Below the pieces are notes generated by a model, which did no database searches, was not told the DNA's origin, and saw only the letters and a program-made list of their open reading frames with translations. The position numbers and the translations under genes were made by a program. Below, in pieces: positions 1-12,115 of a stretch of DNA of 64,000 bases (its first letter is position 1; each line of letters opens with the position of its first letter). The stretch is from Malacoraja senta (lineage: Eukaryota): contig CM076000.1 of NCBI GenBank assembly GCA_038087875.1, positions 620,001 to 684,000 on the forward strand, read 5' to 3'.

Positions 1-166
1 AATGTAATCTTTTGCTTTACCATCTTTCACCAAAACCATTGTTGGAATTATTTTGATTCGTAATTTCTCCGAAAGGAAAGGAGCCTTCTCTGCATTTAAT
101 TTAATAAACTTGGTTTCAACGTGCTTTTTAGCCAGAATAGTCAAGTGTTTGTCTACTATCTTGCAT
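1..166 (-). CDS. TXNDC9: TXNDC9 (phosducin-like thioredoxin-domain protein) coding exon 3, truncated at window edge
   Basis: Acceptor AG at 168-167; reads (R)[55 protein letters not shown], matching vertebrate TXNDC9; phase fits the previous exon. Confidence 0.95.
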
Positions 167-651
167 CTGTACATGAGAGAATAAATTGAATTTACATCAT
201 TTTAGGCATGTATTGGTCATTTATATATATAGAAATATTTAGCAAATGGGAAAACTTATCATAATTTATCAGTACAAAATGGTGATTCAATAGTTAACGA
301 AAATTGCAGCGTTTTAGAATAGTAGTTTTGGAATTTTTATCTGGATTACTGCTAATGTGCTAACTCATAATCATCAATTAGAAGATTAGCTGTACCGCAC
401 AAACTGCATTATGACAATGCAAAGTGCAGCATTAACAGACTTTCTAAAATGAGCACAAATTTTGATTGTAGAATCAGCAAATTAATTCACATTATTTTAG
501 AGGAATAATAATGTTGCATTATATTTTAATTCATAATTTAAGATACATCAAATAGAATTCATGCATTCTTAATGGCATTTATAATTATCCTATCTCCAAG
601 CTCAACAAACAACTGCTTTGTTATCTTTCTGTACAAAATGGGGTTCCTCAC

Positions 652-770
652 CTAAATGCGGTATCTCTATAAAAATGGCACACCACATTTTCACTCTCCT
701 TAACCTCTTGAAAAAAATCTTTTTCACTGGGAATCTCCCTGTATTCACCATGTCCCTTTGAAAGCCATTC
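652..770 (-). CDS. TXNDC9: TXNDC9 coding exon 2 (119 nt)
   Basis: CTGCAG acceptor, GTGAG donor; EWLSKGHGEYREIPSEKDFFQEVKESENVVCHFYRDTAF. Confidence 0.96.
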
Positions 771-1121
771 CTGCAGACAAATGGAAGGCAAAATTAGAAA
801 AATAGTATAGTTTGTCAAAAAAAAAGAAATATTAAAATCAAGCCAATTTGAAGGGACTCAAGCCCTGTGATCCACTTGCTTTAAAATTAAATCAATTCAT
901 CATAATATATTGAATTATACTTTACCTTCAAGAACAAATGTTAAAAGTTATTTCCTTCCCTGACATATATAAACACAGTAAATTTTTGCATTTAGGATAA
1001 ATGTTCCATCTACCAGTAAAATTAATGTAATTTTCTTTAGCACTAATTACTGCCTAATTTGCCTAAACAGTTCCATTCAGTACAAAAATGATCAAAATGT
1101 TTATTTTGTGAAAGTTTCCAC

Positions 1122-1310
1122 CTGCTTCTGAAGTTGTGCTTTTTTCATTGATTCCAGCCTTCTTTCTCGAAGTTTCTCCAGTTCTTCTCCACCCATCTTT
1201 TCATATTTTTCAATCTCTGTATCTAGATGTTGTTCAACTATTTCTGTTGTTTGCAGCATTTGCTGCTCAAGGACTTTGCTGAGCATATCCATCGAGGGGT
1301 TACTTGCCAT
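1122..1310 (-). CDS. TXNDC9: TXNDC9 coding exon 1 (ATG at 1310; exon starts at 1340 with 5'UTR)
   Basis: MASNPSMDMLSKVLEQQMLQTT...KKAQLQKQ; TTTATTTTAG acceptor at 1342-1341, GT donor at 1121-1120. Confidence 0.95.
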
Positions 1311-3099
1311 CCTTACCAATCAGAAATATATCCTCCAAAACTAAAATAAAAATAATATGTTGTTTAACATAAATGTACATGGCATTGTAATAATACTGTT
1401 AAGTTTATTGTCTAGTAAAAGTACATTACATTAGGAATAATTTTCCCATTAAAAATCCAAAATATCTAATTATCTTCTGTATAAAGCTAATTAAACATGT
1501 TCTGCACAAAAATAAATGCAGTACATCTTTTCTGGTCAATTAAAACAAAAATCAACACATTAAATCCTGCAAAGATAGCAGGAGTAGGTCAGTCAGTGGT
1601 TGCTCTGCCTTTCAATAAGATCATCTCTGCATCAACACCGTCAAACACTGTATGAATGTTTTACGTTTTATACCTGTCACTCTGCTAAACTCTAGAGACC
1701 CAGTCTACTTAATCTCTCCTCCTACGACAAACCCACCATCCCAGGTATCAATCTGTTGTTACTTTGCTGTATTCCCTCTACTTCAAGTGTATCCTTTTTC
1801 TGATAGGGAGACCAGACTCTGCACAATATTCCGGATGCAGTTACAGCAGTGTGCATGCAAATCACCTTAACTCCCATACTCAAATCATCTTGCAATAAAA
1901 GGCCAACATCGTGATATGTTTGGAGTAGAGGTAACTGGCACAGAAGTAGAGATTAAGTCCAGGGCAGAATAGCCACAATCATATTGAATCATGGGGCAGA
2001 CTCCTACTTCCATTCTCTTTATCTCTTGTGATGGGATCAAAGATTTCAAAATGTCAAGAGGCATACCTAATAGAGGATATCTGGCGGTTATATTAGAATT
2101 GTCAGTAAGAGTGGAGGATGATCTGTTGAACATTGAGGCTGGCAGGAAGCAAGGCAAGGATATGAGGGACCCTCTCCTAGTTTTGGGATGGATAAAAAGG
2201 GGGTTATATCAGAAATGCAGAGAACAAAGGTCCCATCACATATACTGAAGGAAAATGCATGACTGAGGAGAAAGGGGGCTATTTGGAAGCATTAATATGG
2301 AAAGTGGCATTGTCAGAATAAATGCAGCATTTAATGATGTATGTATATGAACCCAATTTATTTGGACCTTTGTCACTTCTAGGTTTGCATAATTTTGAAA
2401 TGTTTGCTTGTTCACGCAATCCATTAAAAAACGGTACTTTAACAATGTCATCCACACTCCTTACAGTGCTGCGTTTATATTCATTGACAAATGTGACCAC
2501 AAGTTGTCCAAATTATTGTATAGATTATTTGACAATTCCTCCCTATTGGACTATCTGTCTTTGTAATTCAGTCTTTGTCTCCTTTTGTTCCGTCAACTCT
2601 GAATAACGGTGTTAATTCCACGCGGAATTGTTAAACATTCTTCCTATGATTGTGTGTTCGCTTTCTTCCCGCATACCAAAGTTGAACGGTTAATTAGCCG
2701 CTGTAAATTATCCCGAATAGTGTGCTAGAGTCTGGAGAAAGCTGATGGGAATGTGGGTAGAAGAGCGGGGGAATAACATCGGTCGTAAATCGGTATAGAC
2801 TGGGTGGGACGAAAACGGCCTATGTTTATGCCCGAGGGATGGATGGATGGATATATATATATATATATATATATAAATATATAAAAATATATAACGACTG
2901 GCTTATGAACGTGGGTGCTGCTCTAGAGTCTGAACTGACATCGCCAACACGTCGGGCCCGTTAGACACAAAAAAATTAGACGCTCGTTTACAAAAAAACA
3001 GATGCTAGTTTCCACAAAAGGACACAGAGTGCTGGAGTAACCCAGCGGGTCAGGCAGCATCTCTGGAGAACATGGAATAGGTGACAATTCGGGTCTGGA

Positions 3100-3500
3100 G
3101 CCGTCGTTATGGTCTCAGGCCCGGTGTTGTCCCGGTGCCGCTCCCTAATCTCCTCGTTTCAGACCGATCGGATGAGCAGAGACATTGAGAAGGAAGATGA
3201 ACCTCCAGGATGTGTGTGTGTGTGTGTGCACAGATCACACGGGCCGCCGCCGCCGCCGCCGCCTCTCGTACACTCCGCTCACCGACTTACGCACCTTGAT
3301 TCCACTCGCACCAACCGGCCGCTTCCGCCTCTCCCTGCGCCCCCTGCGCCGCCGCCGGGGTGACGGGTCACACGGCTGCTTCCCTGGCAACAGCTGTCCA
3401 ATCGCAGCAGCAGGAGGGAGCTGGCGACGCAGCGCAGGGAGGGGCGGTGCGCATGCTCTGTACAACCCCTCCCCCCCCCACGACAGCTCCTTACCGCAGT
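3100..3500 (-). promoter_or_regulatory. CpG-island promoter of TXNDC9
   Basis: GC/CpG-rich with a (GCC)n run, ETS-like CTTCCG (~3322), GC box GGGGCGG and NRF1-like TGCGCATGCT (~3448). Confidence 0.7.
3291..3400 (-). other. TXNDC9: Probable non-coding first exon of TXNDC9 (5' limit approximate)
   Basis: GTAAGT donor on minus strand (plus ACTTAC 3285-3290) within a CpG island. Confidence 0.6.
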
Positions 3501-3666
3501 ACGTTGTATTAAAATGTTATTATTCTCTCAAAAGGTTTATTGCTAAAATCACCAAATCCCCCTCTATTTAATGTTAATCACTATCGCAGTATATTAACAT
3601 TTTATCATCCTAACAATTATAAAAAAAGGTTAAACTGTTGCTAAAATCACCAAATCCCCATTTATT

Positions 3667-3953
3667 GGAGAAATGCACCTCATATTCCGCTTGGGCAGTC
3701 TACATCCTGGTGGCCTGAACGTTGAATTCTCCCAATTCTGCTAGCCCTGGCTGTCCCCTCCCCTTCATCAGCCATCTGGTTGTCTCCTCCCCTCCCCCAG
3801 CCCTCGGGCTCCTCCTCCGCCTTTTCCTTTTTTCCTTTCTTCTCCCCACCCCCCTATCAGTCTGAAGAAGGGTTTCGGCCCGAAACGTTACCTATTTCCT
3901 TCGCTCCATAGATGCTGCTGCACCCGCTGAGTTTCTCCAGTATTTTTGTGTAC
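3667..3953 (+). mobile_element. Penelope-like element 3' end (endonuclease C-terminus plus pseudo-LTR) with 11-bp TSD
   Basis: HLIFRLGSLHPGGLNVEFS; hammerhead-like motif at 3862; CCCCATTTATT at 3656-3666 and 3954-3964; sits in a ~100-bp degenerate tandem repeat (3530-4130). Confidence 0.8.
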
Positions 3954-4386
3954 CCCCATTTATTTAATGCTGTGGTACATTTATTAACATCTTATAATCC
4001 TCTCAATTATAAAAAGGTAGAATTATTGCTGAATTTACCAAGTCCCCTTTATTTAATGTTAATTACTACTACGGTATATTTATTAATCTTTGATTATAGA
4101 AAGGTTGAATTATTGCTAAAATGATCGAACTTAATGTTAAACGCTAATTTCACACAGCATAGAAACGGCACCGTATTGATATTCACGTGTAGTACCTGTC
4201 TACACTAATCACATTTTCATGCATTCAGCCCAGAGCGTTTTGTGCCATGGTGTTTCAAGTGCTTCACTTATCTATTGTGAGCGTACATGCCTCCACAACA
4301 CCCTCGGGCAATGGGCTCCAGATTTCAAAGGTAGATAAAAATGCTGGAGAAACTCAGCGGGTGAGGCAGCATCTATGGAGCGAAGA

Positions 4387-4560
4387 AATAGGTGATGTTT
4401 CGGGTCGAGACCCTTCTTCAGTCTGAAGAAGGGTCTCGACCCGAAACATCACCTATTCTTCCGTCTGAAGAAGGGTCTTAACCCGAAACGTCACATGCCT
4501 TCCCTCCAGATTTCAAATACACTCCGGTCTGAAGAAGGGTCTCGACCCGAAACGTCATCT
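4387..4560. ncRNA. Cluster of Penelope-type minimal hammerhead ribozyme motifs (one minus, three plus)
   Basis: CTGAAGA-A-GGGTC-TC-GACCC-GAAA-C(G/A)TC at 4423, 4465 (variant loop) and 4529; perfect 35-bp-arm inverted repeat 4387-4457. Confidence 0.65.
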
Positions 4561-4604
4561 CCCTTCCCTTCAGATTTCAAACACGCTTGGGTGTAAATTT
4601 CTTC

Positions 4605-6640
4605 GGGCCTGTCCCTCTTAGGCAATTTTTTAGACGACTACAGGTGACTAGGCTGTCGCCACATGGTTGTGGGGTGACGCCAGTATGGTCATGAGTAGTC
4701 TCCTCAAGTCGCCCAAAGAGTTGTAGCGTTTTTCTGGTCGCTGCTGGATTTTGAAATGTTCAAAACTTTTCGGTGACAGTGGGCTTGACGCCAATGAGCG
4801 TAGCTTGTCTTCTCCTGACGTAGGTGCTGTCACAGGTAGTCGCCAGGTGACGTAGGTTGTCGCTGGTGCTGACTTCGGTGAATTCCATTGACGACAACCT
4901 ACGTCAACTGGTGACAGGTACCAGCGTCAAGAGAAGTCAAGTAGCGACATTGGAAAAACACAAGTGCAAGCTCCACGTGGTCAGGCGAATATAATGCGTG
5001 GACATTCTGAATTTTTTGTTGGGGACATTGTACATCGCAAAATGGCTCCAAGGAGAAGGAAGGGGCAGCCCAAGGGCAAGGCCCAACCCCCATCCACACC
5101 CACCAGACAGGTGGAGACTGAGGAGACCCAGGAGGAGGAGGCCCAGGGGTAGGAGGCCCAGGAGGAGACCAGGGAGGTGGACCGTGTCCCCACCACAACC
5201 CCACATCGGGCTGGCCGCGCTGTCAAGGCTACAGGTACTGCTGCTGCTGCTGCTGACCCAGACTCACCATCGGATTATGCTCAGGACAATTATGCCTCAA
5301 GTGAGGTGAAGAAGGTCAGGAAACTCAAGACACTTCCGTATGAGTTCAGCAGGGAACAAGAAGGAGAGCTGGTCGTGTCGTATCAGGCAAACCCTGAGTT
5401 GTATGATAAGAACTGCCAACATTATCGCAACATGGAGAGGAAGAACTCACTATTTGACACCAAGGCGAAGGAGTTCCCTGACTGCACCTGTAAGTACCTA
5501 CTTACCGGGTTGTTTGTCTGTATTTCTGTTAATATAATGAAAATAAAAAATTGTTTCACACTGGTCTTTATTTTTTTTACAGAGGCCCAACTCAGTCAGT
5601 GGTTCAAGGGCCAGAGAACAAGGTATGGCAAGCTGTCTCAGAGTGGGAACAAGTCAGGGTCTGGTGGCAAAAACTTTACCCTGAGGCAGCAGTGGATCAT
5701 CGACAAATGGGGCTTTATGAAATCACATATAGTATGAGTGGAGAGTAGACAGAGCACCAAGAAGGTAATTATTATAAAATACTTATTTTGACATTGATAA
5801 TTTGATTGTCATCTTGCTTGCCATGTCGTGACGGTCTCGAAAGTTTGTAAAACACATTTATTTTCTTCCAGTTTGACAAGAAGAAGCCACTGCCCAGTAT
5901 GTCAAGTGAAGAGGAGTTTGATGCACTTGAGGGAATGGCTGGATCCACCCCCTCCACCAGTCAGCAGCATAGCAAGAGGAGCAGGATCACTGCCAGCTCC
6001 ACTGCAGGCTCCACCCCAAATGCAACTGAGGCAGAAGAGAGAGAGGCAACTCAACAGGAGCTGATCAAAGAGGTAAGTACTTTTGGGGAAATATTGATCC
6101 ATCCGTCCGTCCATCCATCCATCCATCCATCCATCCATCCATCCATCCATCCTCTTCTTTTTCCCCAAAATTTACTTACCTGTATCGTACTAATTTATGT
6201 TGCAGCTCGTGAAACATGCAACAGAGGCCAGACAGGTTGTGACACAGCGCCAGACACCGCATGAGAGGGCTGTTGACACCTTCCAGGCATTCGTGAAAAC
6301 TGAGCTGCTGAAGATACCGGAAAACATGTGGTTCAACTACACCATGGCTGCCATGACGATCGCCCATAACGTCTCCCAGCTGGTAAATATTTTAAGCACT
6401 TTTTGTGGAATTTTGGGAACATTTGACTTTAATATTTGACCTAGAAATTAATGTTTTTGTATGAAATATTCACAATGAATTCATTGGTGTTGCAGACTCT
6501 GCAGCTGTTGGGACACATCAGACAGCAACAGATGGGACAGCCACAGATGGGACTGATAGGATCACCACATCAGCAGGCTCACCAGGTATCTAATTTTATA
6601 ATACATTTTGTGAACTGGACTTGAAATTCTTTGTCGCACA
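4605..6640 (+). mobile_element. Truncated PIF/Harbinger-type DNA transposon (left end plus MADF gene; no transposase or right end seen)
   Basis: Starts GGGCCTGTCCC-TCTTAGGC with GTCGCC/GGTGAC subterminal repeats, followed by a MADF-encoding gene typical of the Harbinger accessory ORF. Confidence 0.65.
5042..6585 (+). pseudogene. Spliced MADF (Myb/SANT-like) plus BESS-like DNA-binding protein pseudogene; exons 5042-5489, 5583-5764, 5872-6072, 6206-6382, 6496-6585
   Basis: ELVVSYQANPELYDKNCQHYRNMERKNSLF...QWFKGQRTRYGKL...KSGSG...RQQWI; GT-AG introns in consistent phase; in-frame stops at 5150 (TAG), the exon1/2 junction (T|AG) and 5735 (TGA). Confidence 0.8.
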
Positions 6641-7139
6641 CAGCTTGTGAAACGTTTAAATTTATTTGCCTTTCACTTTGTATTGATATGTTTATGTGTC
6701 TATGTGAAGCCTATGTATAAGAGTCCTGACCCAAAACGTCACCTATTCATGTTCTCTGGAGATGGACCCACTGAGTTACTCCAGCACTTTGTGTCTTTTT
6801 TTGATAAACCAGCATCTGTAGTTTCTTGTTTCTACAGTCTGTGTGTTATAGATACCTATGCTCAGGGGACATGTCCTTCATCATTTTGTATACAGTGCCC
6901 TCATAATGTAAGGGACAAAGACCCATCATTTATTTATTTGCCTCTGTACTCCACAATTTGAAATTTGTAATAGAAAAAAATCACATGTGGTTAAAGTGCA
7001 CATTGTCAGATTTTAATAAAGGCCATTTTTATACATTTTGGTTTTGGTAGAAATTATAAGTGTTTATGCATAGTCCCCCCCCATTTCAGGGTACCATAAT
7101 GTTTGGGACACAGCAATGTCATGTAAATGAAAGTAGTTA

Positions 7140-7760
7140 CCATACAGCCATACAGTGAAAATAAGAACACAATACACAATAATTTTAACATAAACATCCA
7201 CCACTGTGGAATCAACATTCCTCACTGTGACGGAAGGCAATAAAGTTCAGTCATCTTCCTCCATTGTTCACCCGCGGTGGTCGGGGCCTTGAACCCTCAG
7301 CACTGCCTCTGCCGACGGCCTGATGTTAAAGCCCGCTCGTTGGGATGATGGAGACTCCGGCGACGGAACGGAAACACTCCGCGGCATGGAGTCCACAAGC
7401 CCCGAGGTTGGAGCGCTTCCACAGCGATCCGCAGCAAAGGATCGCTCGCTCCGCGATGGTAAGTCCGCGCCGCGCTTGCGGTTTGAAGCTCCAGCCCGAT
7501 CTCCAGGAAAGGCCGCATCAATCCAGTTGTTAGGCCGCAGGGAGGGGACGGAGACGTGACATGGAGAAAGATCACATCTCCGTCGAGGTAAGTGACTGAA
7601 AACGGTTTTCCCCTATCCCCCCCCCCCCCCACCCTCACCCACCACATAAAAACATACTGAGAAACATTAAACATACATTTTAGACACATTAAAATTTACT
7701 TAAAAGTGGAAATAACACACAAGCTGCTGGCGAGGCTGCCATCTTGGCGCAACCCGATGA
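7140..7760 (-). mobile_element. Short non-autonomous retroelement-like insertion nested in Tc1
   Basis: Interrupts Tc1; minus strand starts near CCAAGATGGC (as in LINE 5' ends such as 34468) and ends in a LINE-like 3'UTR. Confidence 0.45.
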
Positions 7761-8019
7761 CGTATATTTCTGTTTTTCTCTGTATATCTGTTCATGAAGT
7801 CTTCTGCGGACAGTGGTCATTGACAAATCCACACCTGACTGTCTCTGATCTTTCAGATAGGTGTTTGGGGATTTTTCTTTATTATAGGGAGAATTCTTCT
7901 GTCATCAGCTGTGGAGATCTTCCTTGGCCTGCCAGACCCTTTGCGATTAGTAAGCTCACCGGTGCTCTCTTACTTCTTAATGATGTTCCAGACAGTTGAT
8001 TTTGGTAAGCTTAAGGTTT

Positions 8020-8473
8020 TCCAGTCTGTAGTCCTCCCTACAGCCCTCTATGCCAGTGAGACATGGAAAATCAATGTGAAGATGAAAAAGAAATTGGATG
8101 CATTCCAACAACGCGGCTTGAGGAAGATCCTGAAGACTAGCTACAGTGACCACATCACAAACTAGGAGATCTACCGGGAAACTGCAACAAAGCCACTCAG
8201 CCAGGACATAGAGATACGCAGGATGAAATTTACAGGACATGTACTCAGAATGTCACCAGAACGTGCACCTAAGATAGCAATGACATGGCAACCTGACGGA
8301 AGAAGGAAAAGAGGCCGACCAAAACTCACATGGAGGTGAACATTCCAGAAGGATTTGGAAGCCCGGCACGCAAACATATCGAGGGTGGAAGATGTTGCAC
8401 ATAACCAAACAGAATGGCGAAAGCTTGCTGCCCAATGCACTCAACAGTGTGGGAGGAACTAAGTTTAAGTAAG
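8020..8473 (+). mobile_element. RTE-clade LINE 3' fragment nested in Tc1
   Basis: VVLPTALYASETW...LDAFQQRGLRKIL...GRRKRGRPKLTW; (TAAG)n tail; TSD TAAGGTTT at 8012-8019 and 8474-8481. Confidence 0.85.
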
Positions 8474-9913
8474 TAAGGTTTGGCTGATGCCTCTAACAGT
8501 TTTATTCTTCTTTCTCAGTCTCTAAATGGCTTCTTTGACTTTCATTGGCACTTTGGTCCTCATGTTGATAAACAGCAATAAAAGCTTCCAAAGGTGATGG
8601 AAAGACTGGAGGAAAGACTAGGTACTGAGAGCTCTCTTATACCTGCATTAAGGATGCAATTAAACACACCTGAGCAATTGCAAACATCTGTGAAGACATG
8701 TGTCCCAAACATTATAAAAATACCCTTTAATAAAATCTGACAATGTGCACCTTAAACTCATGTGATTTTTTTTCTATTACAAATCTCAAATTGTGGAGTA
8801 CAGAGGCAAATAAATAAATGATGGGTCTTTGTCCCAAACATTATGGAGGGCATTGTATCTATATCAGGTTCCGCTTTGTCTCCTCTACTCTAAGAAACCC
8901 CCATCCTACCCAAGTTCTCCCCATAACTAAATCTCTACATCTACTGATGAATCTCCTTTGCACCATTTCTAGTGCAATCACATCTTTCCTGCAGTGTGGC
9001 GACAAAACCTACACATAGTATTCCAGCTGCAGTTTGACCTACGTTTGTTTAAAGTATGATAATCTCTGTGTTTTTATTCCCATGCGTCAGCCAATTAAGG
9101 GAAATATCCCATATGTTTGCGTAAACACCTGATCAGCTTGTGCTAGTGTCTAATGGATTCTGTACACTGAGAGCTCTCTATTCCAACGTCCTTCTTAGGG
9201 TCCTACCATGCTCCTAAAATGCAATATTTAAAAAATGTTCAGGATTAATTTCCACCTACCATTGCTCTGCCCATGTTACCAAGTCATCAATATTGTTCTG
9301 TAGCTAAAGATTACCTTCAAATTAGTGATTTAAATATGTGAAATTAACCCAACACTGATCCCTGCAGTACACCATGGGTAATGGATTTCCAGTCGTAAAG
9401 CAACCCTCTGCCGCCTTTCATCTAGCCAGTTTGAACCCAATTTGTAAAATTGCACTGAATCCCATGAGCTCTTTTGGGCCCATCTTGCATATGTAACCAG
9501 GAAAAATCCCCTTGACAATATTGACAGGCAGACAATATTAACCACGTTGACACACTTAGTTACATTTAGTCACCTATAACTTGTAGGCATCCATGAACAA
9601 TAGCATAAATGTCAGGGGGATTGAAAGAAGCCTATATGATGTGAAAAATCCACTCCATTTTTATCATTTGCTAGCAATTTTTTTAATAAATAGTAATTAA
9701 AATCAAGAATGTACAAGAGGCCAAAATTGCATCAGCACAAGTATTTGGAAGGAGTACGCTGCTGGTGGAGGTTCCAGAAATAGAGCAGTAATGCCAAGGA
9801 GAGGGCATGACAAAAAATAAGAGGGAAACAAGAGAATGATGCAAATTAGGTGAAGGGAGATATATTAGGGGAACTTTGCCCAGTGATCCACAGGCATTTA
9901 GATGGACACTTTG

Positions 9914-10224
9914 GTTTAGTTTAGAGACACAGAACAGAAACAGGCCCTTCGGCTAATTGAGTACATGCCGACCAGCGATCCCCACACACTAACACTATCT
10001 ATCCTACACACACTGGGGCTAATTTACAATTTTACCGAAGCCAATTAATCTAAAAACCTGTATGTCTTTGTAGTGTTGGAGGAAACCGGAGCAGATGGAG
10101 AAAACCCACGCAGGTCACGGGGAGAACGTACAAACTCCGTACAGACAGCACCCATGATGAGGATCGAACCTGGGTCCATGGTGTTGTAAGGCAGCAAATC
10201 TACTGCTGCACCACCGTGCCGCCC
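9914..10224 (-). mobile_element. HE1-like tRNA-derived V-SINE
   Basis: GGGCGGCACGGTGG A-box, GGTTCGATCC B-box, V-domain GGAGTTTGTACGTTCTCCCCGTG, CR1-like tail ending CTAAACTAAAC. Confidence 0.8.
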
Positions 10225-11158
10225 TGTAAATAGGCACGGAAGAATTTGGTCCTAACGCAAGCAAGTGGGATTAGTCTGATGTACAAAAAGGGATGCATTT
10301 GATAGCAACAGGCTAGTTCTGTGTGGCACAACTTTTAAATGACAGAACATGTAGTGAAAAAGAGTTTAAAAAAGTACTGGGATTCTGAATTTTCCAAATA
10401 TGGCACTGTGTACTAGAACAAGGAAATCATAATGAACTTTTATAAAACATTGGAATGACCACAACCAGAATATTGTGTCCAGAATGGAAAGCCATAATAT
10501 AGAATACATGTGGAAGCTTTGGAGGGGATGTATGTAGTTTACTACAATGATTCCATATGAGTGTCTTTAAAAGAACTAGGGTTGTTCTCCTTGGCATAGA
10601 GAAGATTGTAAGGAAGTAAAATCTGGTCCCATTTGTGGAGGGTCAATAATTACGGATAACAATGAAGGTGAATAGCAAAATAACTAAATATGACATGAAG
10701 AATCTTTTAAATAAATATAAGCACACAGAGTGATTAGGGTCTGGAATGCATTGTCAGTGGAAATAGTGGAGGCAGATTCAATTGCAGCAATAAAAAATAT
10801 CTGAAAAGAAATAATCTGGAAGGATATGGCGAGTGAATGGAGGGAAATTGAATTAAATGCATTGGTCTTATCTACAACTGGTACAGACATAGACTAAATG
10901 ATTATCTTCTAATCTGTGACATTTTGTATTCTACGGAGATTTCTCACAAATGTGCTGCCAGGTGTTCACACAGATATAGATTCAATGTATTTTCTTGCAA
11001 ATTTTACAATGCAATTATAAAAAAAATATGCTGGGAAACTGAAATCAAAATAGACCAAGAATGTTTAAGGGTTACATGCAAATACCAGAACAATGAAATC
11101 CTTACTTGCAGCTTTACAGACTTGACCACGTTGACACACTTAGTTACATTTAGTCACC

Positions 11159-11716
11159 CTGAGAAGATTACGGAGAGTCGGTTTGTCAAGGAGGACTCTC
11201 TCTAACTTCTACAGGTGCACAGTAGAGAGCATGCTGACCGGTTGCATCGTGGCTTGGTTCGGCAACTTGAGTGCCCTGGAGAGGAAAAGACTACAAAAAG
11301 TAGTAAACACTGCCCAGTCCATCATCGGCTCTGACCTCCCTTCCATCGAGGGGATCTACCACAGTCGCTGCCTCAAAAAGGCTGGCAGCATCATCAAGGA
11401 CCCACACCATCCTGGCCACACACTCATCTCCCTACTACCTTCAGGTAGAAGGTACAGGAGCCTGAAGACTGCAACGACCAGGTTCAGGAACAGCTACTTC
11501 CCCACAGCCATCAGGCTATTAAACCTGGCTCGGACATAACACTGAACTTTATTAGCCAATACTGTTATTTGCACTTTATCAGTATATTGACCATTGTGTA
11601 TATATTTATAGAATGCCTTGTAGTAAATGCCTACTATGTTCTGTTGTGCTCAAGCAAAGCAAGAATTTCATTGTCCTACCAGGGACACATGACAATAAAC
11701 TCACTTGACTTGACTT
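11159..11716 (+). mobile_element. Rex1/Babar-like LINE 3' fragment
   Basis: RRTLSNFYRCTVESMLTGCIVAWFGN...LLPSGRRYRS...FRNSYFPTAIRLLN; AATAAA then (CTTGA)n tail. Confidence 0.85.
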
Positions 11717-11819
11717 AATTTGAATTGCAAGATAATTATATCCACATTGAGAAAAAACAACAAACTTTTCAGATAAAAGATCTTTGGTCAGAACTGTTGA
11801 GATGAAACATTACTATTTT

Positions 11820-12115
11820 ACCACAGTTTAAGAACAAGGAGTAAGCCATTTAGAACGGAGACGAGGAAACACTTTTTCTCACAGAGAGTGGTGAGTCTGG
11901 AATTCTCTGCCTCAGAGGGCGGTGGAGGCAGGTTCTCTGGATGCTTTCAAGAGAGAGCTAGATAGGGCTCTTAAAAATAGCGGAGTCAGGGGATATGGGG
12001 AGAAGGCAGGAACAGGGTACTGATTGGGGATGATCAGCCATGATCACATTGAATGGCGGTGCTGGCTCGAAGGGCCAAATGGCCTGCACCTATTGTCTAT
12101 TGTCTATTGTCTATT
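11820..12115 (+). mobile_element. CR1/HER1 LINE 3' end
   Basis: Homologous to 56110-56410; (ATTGTCT)n tail. Confidence 0.85.

Larger units (their letters stand above)
6893..8855 (-). mobile_element. Tc1-like transposon copy 1 (internally deleted, with nested insertions)
   Basis: TA flanks; TIR CAGTGCCCTC-ATAATGT...ACATTATGGAGGGCA(T)TG; long IR/DR ends; homologous to 16859-18351. Confidence 0.9.

Noticed and set aside
5177..5737. 186-aa ORF as an intact single-exon gene
   Set aside because: GTG start, reads through a 93-nt intron, and is bounded by premature stops of the spliced MADF pseudogene.
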